This document shows positions 55,346 to 60,375 of a stretch of DNA of 60,375 bases, piece by piece. How positions within the stretch are numbered: the first letter of the stretch is position 1; each line of letters opens with the position of its first letter. Made by a program: the position numbers and the translations under genes. Location: positions 1 through 60,375 of IMG/VR virus record IMGVR_UViG_3300018036_002016. One strand, written 5' to 3'. The stretch comes from a virus. Lineage: Duplodnaviria; Caudoviricetes. The notes under the pieces were generated by a model. The model saw only the letters and a list, made by a program, of their open reading frames with translations, did no database searches and had not been told where the DNA came from.

Positions 55346-58021
55346 TTACCAGACATAGTCCATATTTTGAATCTTTTTAATTCTATCTTTAATAGACTTT
55401 GCATAGTTCTTAACTTCTCTTTCGTAATAACTACCTTCATATCCAGCATTCTTTTCTTGTTCTGCGTTATTTGTATAGTCTACGTATCTTCTAAAGTCAT
55501 CTAATAGATTTGACATTGCGTTCGAAGCATCTCTTAAAGAAACACTTCTTCCTTTAGGATCTGTTCCAATAATCGGTTCACCGTATTTAGATGTTTCTTT
55601 ATTAGCAATTCCATTTTTAATTTGCTCAGCAACAACATCAATGGCCTTTAAAACTTCAGCGTCTATTGGCATTTGTGCTGCTCGATTTGCAAGAATTGTG
55701 TGGTATCTGTCCTTATTTTCTTTTCTAAAATCTTTATCAGACTTGAAGGCAATTGCTCCTTTTTTAGATTGCTCTCTTTCAGTTCTTTTTGCAGATGATG
55801 AGTATCTTGCATCTAGTACGTCAAGATCTAATACATACGCTCTGTCGGCTAATTCTGCAACTTTTGTTAGACTTGATATTCCTGAACCCCATTCATCCTG
55901 TGTACTTGATTTTGAGAATCCTATACTATCATCTCTTTTTGAAGTTGTTACTGTTGATTCACCTCGCATCCATCCCGTAGATAACCATTGATTCTTGCCA
56001 TCTGTCATTGCAAGTAGTGTGTTTCCAGGAATACTTTTTACACCATATGAATATGACTTTGCATATGGGTTTTCTTTTTCGTTTGTTGTAAAGTAAAAAT
56101 ATACAGCTCTATTTCTTTTTTCTTTTTTAGCAGAAATTGGATCCATTTCAATAATATCAATATCTTCAATTTTATCTAGTTGAAGTTTTGACATTGAATA
56201 AAATGACTTTGCTAGATTCTTTGGCATTGATTTTGCACCTGCTAGAATAGACTGTAGCTTTGAAGACTTAAATGCTTCATTAACTGTGTTATTACTTAAA
56301 GATTGTACATATGATTTAAAAGACTCATATATGAATTTGTCCTCTTTTTTGTTTCTCTTTGATTCAAATTCTCCATTTTGAGCCATTGATAATAATGCAG
56401 TTGCTATTTTTTCAGCCTTAGCACCCTTATGTCCATAAGTTGCAACTGTTTCTCTAGCATCATCAGGTAACATGTCAGCTAATTCCCATGGATCATATTC
56501 TCCTAAAAGATCTAGTAAAATATTTTTAGCTTCTTTTTCTTCTTTACCTTCACTTACTGCTCTATCCTCTTTAATTGTTACTGGATATTTTTTACCGTCA
56601 AATTCAAATTCTTTATCTCCAGCATCTTTTGCTTTTTTAGCAGCCGCAACAAATGCTCTACCTTCTTTAATTGTTACTGGATATTTTTTACCATCAAATT
56701 CAAATTCTTTGTCTCCATCGTCTTTTGCTTTTTTAGCAGCCGCAACAAATGCTCTACCCTCTGTAGTTACTGATTCAAACTGTAAAGAATCAAGCTTAAT
56801 ATTCATTGAAACCATGTCCATTGGTCCTTTACCATCTTCATAGTCTACTGTAGCCATTGATCCAGTCGGTGAAAATTCTATAATCTTAAATCTACCAGGG
56901 AATCTGATATTCTCACCATAAACGGTTTCACCTTTCTCAACAGCCTTGATAGCTTTCTTAATTTTAGGATGAATACCTTCGTTAATTGCTGATTCTTCAA
57001 TATACTCAGCTAATCCATCATCACACCATCCATAGTCACAATCACTTAGTACCTTTTCAAGGTCTTTTCTTTTACCTTGCATTGTAATTACCGGGTGACC
57101 TCCACCTGGACCATCCATCATTTTATCAGTGATCTTAACTCTATTTTTCTTTAAGAATTTTAAGAAGTCTTTATCATCTGGATCTACTGCATCCATTTCT
57201 ACACGAGCCTCACAAATCTTAGATTCGTCATAACCATCATAGTCATCATAATAGTCTTCATCACCTCCAGTATACCATGACTGGTTTGGATCCGATGCTG
57301 CTTCTTTGGTAAAATCATGTCTTTTCCAGTTATATTTAGCAGTTGTTACGAGCGCTGGAAAAAGAGGTTTTTTACCTTTATCTCTTGTTTCTAGACTTCC
57401 AAATGCAATAGCAATACCGAAATCTCTTAAAGATTTAGAAACCATTTTGATTTTTTTCGTAAGACTTTTATCTTCTAAGTCTTCTTCAGAATATCCATTC
57501 ATTCTAGCAAGCAATTCATAATAGTCCATTCCTCCGAATTCTCCATAGCCTTCGTATTTACCTTCAAACCAAGAATTTCCTCTATTATCATACATCCAAA
57601 CGTCAATTGTATTCTCTTTGTCAGAACCGATTTGCTCTTCAGTATCTTGTGTCATCCATGAGAATTGACCCTCTGCGATCATAAAAGATTCAGTAATTTC
57701 TTCTTCAGATTCTTCTTCATTAATATTTAATACCGACAGCGCTCTAGACCCTATTTTTGATAGTGATACTCCATCTTCAGAAACATTAAAATATCTAGAA
57801 TTCCTAGAGATCCATTTTGGGGCACTTTTTGAAAATTCAGAAACTAATTTTTCAAAATCTTCGCTTGTAATTGTTGTTGTTCCAACAGTTGACAATATTT
57901 TATTTCTTACCTTTGCTGCAAATCCAATTGTAATTGCTGGGTGATTTTCAGTATATTGTCTTTTTACAACGATTTTCTTTGACTCGCTTAGATTGCGAGA
58001 AAATTCATTAAAATCAATCAT
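55346..58021 (-). CDS. 891-aa modular protein; putative internal polyprotein
   Basis: Segments separated by (I/V/L)xE sites; tag-like start; class 3 promoter at 58044. Confidence 0.65.
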   Translation of the reverse strand: MIDFNEFSRNLSESKKIVVKRQYTENHPAITIGFAAKVRNKILSTVGTTTITSEDFEKLVSEFSKSAPKWISRNSRYFNVSEDGVSLSKIGSRALSVLNINEEESEEEITESFMIAEGQFSWMTQDTEEQIGSDKENTIDVWMYDNRGNSWFEGKYEGYGEFGGMDYYELLARMNGYSEEDLEDKSLTKKIKMVSKSLRDFGIAIAFGSLETRDKGKKPLFPALVTTAKYNWKRHDFTKEAASDPNQSWYTGGDEDYYDDYDGYDESKICEARVEMDAVDPDDKDFLKFLKKNRVKITDKMMDGPGGGHPVITMQGKRKDLEKVLSDCDYGWCDDGLAEYIEESAINEGIHPKIKKAIKAVEKGETVYGENIRFPGRFKIIEFSPTGSMATVDYEDGKGPMDMVSMNIKLDSLQFESVTTEGRAFVAAAKKAKDDGDKEFEFDGKKYPVTIKEGRAFVAAAKKAKDAGDKEFEFDGKKYPVTIKEDRAVSEGKEEKEAKNILLDLLGEYDPWELADMLPDDARETVATYGHKGAKAEKIATALLSMAQNGEFESKRNKKEDKFIYESFKSYVQSLSNNTVNEAFKSSKLQSILAGAKSMPKNLAKSFYSMSKLQLDKIEDIDIIEMDPISAKKEKRNRAVYFYFTTNEKENPYAKSYSYGVKSIPGNTLLAMTDGKNQWLSTGWMRGESTVTTSKRDDSIGFSKSSTQDEWGSGISSLTKVAELADRAYVLDLDVLDARYSSSAKRTEREQSKKGAIAFKSDKDFRKENKDRYHTILANRAAQMPIDAEVLKAIDVVAEQIKNGIANKETSKYGEPIIGTDPKGRSVSLRDASNAMSNLLDDFRRYVDYTNNAEQEKNAGYEGSYYEREVKNYAKSIKDRIKKIQNMDYVW
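56568..56759. repeat. 96-bp tandem duplication (EGRAFVAAAKKAKDxGDKEFEFDGKKYPVTIK twice)
   Basis: Near-identical copies at 56568-56663 and 56664-56759. Confidence 0.95.
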
Positions 58022-58042
58022 TTTATTGCTTGTTTTATTTTT

Positions 58043-59884
58043 TTATATATTCTTTATAAATTTTTCAAATGTTAAAAACTCCGATTCATTAGTAGACACG
58101 CTGTCTTCTAATTTTGTTTTTAGCTCATTGTACATTCCATGAATTTGCTTAGGAGTTAATTTTTTAAATAGCTTTTCATCGTTGTCAAGCATTGCATTTC
58201 TTACTTGAGTTGCTGAAATATTTTTACCAGTTCTTGGAATCTCGAATAGACCAAAATCATCTCTGACTCCGAGATCTTCTCTATATTCTGGTTTATCTAC
58301 TTGGTATGAATAAGTTTTAAGCCTATCAGTTCCAGTACCCCAAAGTACAGGTTCATAGCCGTCTGCCCTCATTGCATTAAACATGTGGTCTATGCCAGCA
58401 GTTGGAAGAACATAAACTTTTTCAATAGGATACTTTGACTTTAATTGATTAAGCATTGCAATTTGAGTTTCCTCGTCATAAGGTCTCTTAAATGCATCCT
58501 CTGGTTTTTTAGTCTTTGATTTAATTAAAAATATAACTACTGGATAACCATTTTGTTTGTTAATAGTTTCTATTACCTTAGCATGTCCCAATGTAAATGG
58601 CTGAAAGCGACCAACAAACATATTTACTGGCTTTTTACCTTGTTTAGGGTAACTAACAGTCAGTGCTTCAGTAATAGGACTTACTTGATGTTTTAGGTTT
58701 TCGTGATTTAAAAATGTTTTAAAGCTCATGAGATTTGATTCATTGTTTTGAAGCATTACAACTGACTCTATTTTATCAACGATCTCGTTAATTTGAGACA
58801 TTAAGTCATTGTTAATAATTTCAGTTTCTTTAAGTCTTCTTTTTCTAAAAGAACCTAGCGCAATTTTATATAATTCTTCTAGCACCTGGTTAGCTACTAA
58901 CTCTATTGTTTTTTCATTAGTGATAAACTTAGTGTTTAGTGAAAAACTTGGTGAGTCAGAAAATTCAGCAGACTCAAATTTAACTCCAATATATTTGGTT
59001 GCGTTTTTATCAACATATGCATTAAATAATTGAGAGATTAGTTCAATATATCTTTTGTCAGAATCATTTTCGTTTAATTCTAGGTTTTCAATATCATATG
59101 TTGTAAAATATTCAACTAAATCTAGTAGTGCTATCTGGTATATGTCAGATGGTTTTCTGTTTTCTTTTATAAGATCTTCTCCTTGACATATCTTAAAACT
59201 CTTTACACTTTTACCTTCGAAAAAATTAATAATAATTGAATCAATCTCACCATCTAAATCTTCATTAAGAGCAGTTGAATTTAATCCTCTATTAAATATA
59301 GAATACATTTTTCTAGAAAAGCTTAGAGACTCAAACTGTGCATCGAAATCAGTATCGCTTAAATTTAGTAATTTTGTAATCTCATCCTTTTGATAATCAG
59401 AAAGTTTTCCTTGGTGTAAAATTTGAGGTCTTTGTACTTCTAGGATGTCAGCCCACTTTTCTAAGATTTTAGGATCTCTGATTACTTTCTTTATTAAAGT
59501 AGGGTCATTAGGACTCATTACTTGTATATGTGAAAGCATCAAATTATTTTTAGGTATTCTGTCGTACTTTATATTGACTGTTTTTGAATCGGTCATATAA
59601 TCAAATCCAAATCTCCAGTCTAAAGGCATTTGCTCTTTAATATGATCGGGCTGTGATTCAAAATAGGTCACTGCATTTTCATAGTACTTTACAATTGTTC
59701 TATCAACCTTATCCATTGGTGATTTATTTCCACTCTTATGATAATTATATCCTTTATCAGTTTTTTGAACATGGAAAGAAGACGCTTGTATCTTTTCTGC
59801 AACAACGCAGGTTAGATTTAGCATTTTTTGAAAATCATTAATATTGCTTTCGCTATAATATGTTCTTAAATTTTGTAGTGCCAT
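58043..59884 (-). CDS. Fusion of a degenerate ligase-like N-terminal domain and a HIGH-family nucleotidyltransferase
   Basis: VAEKIQAS resembles ligase motif I; GRFQPFTLGH and ISATQVR in the C-terminal third. Confidence 0.65.
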   Translation of the reverse strand: MALQNLRTYYSESNINDFQKMLNLTCVVAEKIQASSFHVQKTDKGYNYHKSGNKSPMDKVDRTIVKYYENAVTYFESQPDHIKEQMPLDWRFGFDYMTDSKTVNIKYDRIPKNNLMLSHIQVMSPNDPTLIKKVIRDPKILEKWADILEVQRPQILHQGKLSDYQKDEITKLLNLSDTDFDAQFESLSFSRKMYSIFNRGLNSTALNEDLDGEIDSIIINFFEGKSVKSFKICQGEDLIKENRKPSDIYQIALLDLVEYFTTYDIENLELNENDSDKRYIELISQLFNAYVDKNATKYIGVKFESAEFSDSPSFSLNTKFITNEKTIELVANQVLEELYKIALGSFRKRRLKETEIINNDLMSQINEIVDKIESVVMLQNNESNLMSFKTFLNHENLKHQVSPITEALTVSYPKQGKKPVNMFVGRFQPFTLGHAKVIETINKQNGYPVVIFLIKSKTKKPEDAFKRPYDEETQIAMLNQLKSKYPIEKVYVLPTAGIDHMFNAMRADGYEPVLWGTGTDRLKTYSYQVDKPEYREDLGVRDDFGLFEIPRTGKNISATQVRNAMLDNDEKLFKKLTPKQIHGMYNELKTKLEDSVSTNESEFLTFEKFIKNI

Positions 59885-59892
59885 AGTTTCTT

Positions 59893-60207
59893 TTAATTAG
59901 GCCAAATCATTACAGTTCCTGCATCATGCCATTCACTATACCAACCTCTTTTATTAAGTTCTTTTTCCCACCTTTTGTCTACCCCAAATATTCTATTTTT
60001 GTGGTCCATTGAATAGTAGTCATAAATTCTTTTACCTTTGTACTCGTCTCCATTTTCTCCAGAAATCCATATTCCACCAGGAGAGCCATTGAATTCTTCA
60101 GATTGACTTACAAAATCAAGATATTGTTCTAACCATACCATCATTTCATCCCTATCTATAGATTTAGCTTCATTTACAAATTGTTCGAATATCATTATGT
60201 GTTTCAT
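59893..60207 (-). CDS. Putative internal head protein (tagged); start likely 60207
   Basis: Starts MKHIMIFEQFVNE right after the upstream stop. Confidence 0.7.
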   Translation of the reverse strand: MKHIMIFEQFVNEAKSIDRDEMMVWLEQYLDFVSQSEEFNGSPGGIWISGENGDEYKGKRIYDYYSMDHKNRIFGVDKRWEKELNKRGWYSEWHDAGTVMIWPN

Positions 60208-60208
60208 T

Positions 60209-60375
60209 TTACCTACCATATTTTATTATTCCTAAAAGTTGATTAAATGGAGCAAAAGTTCCAGTTAGCTTATAGGTTTTTCCTTTGTATATAAATACTA
60301 GTCCTTCGGAAGGAACTACTGATTCGATTCCTCCAATTCTTTCTAGTCTTGTGAGTTCAGTTTCTACTCTTTTAA
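60209..60375 (-). CDS. 3' end of a gene running off the window (ligase-like motifs IV/V)
   Basis: Read by hand: ...VPSEGLVFIYKGKTYKLTGTFAPFNQLLGIIKYGR*. Confidence 0.6.
   Translation of the reverse strand, partial: KRVETELTRLERIGGIESVVPSEGLVFIYKGKTYKLTGTFAPFNQLLGIIKYGR

Noticed and set aside
53558-56759. CRISPR array or DGR template/variable repeat pair
   Set aside because: The repeats are in-frame coding units with only two copies, show no spacer pattern or adenine-specific differences, and no cas or reverse transcriptase gene is in the window.
945-59841. Many plus-strand ORFs in the track (for example 30664..31263, 35988..36515, 56472..56843) and nested minus-strand ORFs
   Set aside because: They lie within well-supported genes and read as antisense or alternate-frame shadows with no recognisable motifs.
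1-60375. Stop-codon reassignment, as in some large Bacteroidota phages
   Set aside because: Core genes are full length in the standard code, TAG and TGA end real genes, and the two complete tRNAs are not suppressors.

Overview
This 60 kb AT-rich window comes from a large T4-like (myovirus) phage. Nearly all genes lie on the minus strand, and the promoter style and metabolic genes suggest a Bacteroidota host (inference). It holds a head module (portal gp20, a gp21 protease fused to a scaffold, capsid gp23, gp2, gp4, terminases gp16/gp17) and a tail module (sheath, tube, chaperone, tape-measure-like, gp14-like, gp15-like). Replication genes include gp41, gp44/gp62, gp45, gp46/gp47, UvsX, RNase H, NrdAB and a family-B polymerase split into two genes about 4 kb apart. 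There are two sigma factors (ECF-type and gp55), two complete tRNAs plus one partial, and accessory enzymes (M42 peptidase, GT11 and GT2 glycosyltransferases, guanylate kinase, NEIL1-like glycosylase, MgsA). The most notable signals are: (1) a family of unrelated proteins sharing an MKHxKLFExFxNE tag that resembles the T4 capsid-targeting sequence, including an apparent polyprotein and a protein that copies the capsid N-arm; (2) three recurring promoter motifs whose placement suggests a host-sigma to phage ECF-sigma to gp55 cascade; (3) an RF2-like +1 frameshift site at the tail-chaperone stop; (4) a GC-rich three-hairpin RNA downstream of nrdA. All functional calls come from reading motifs by eye; no searches were run.
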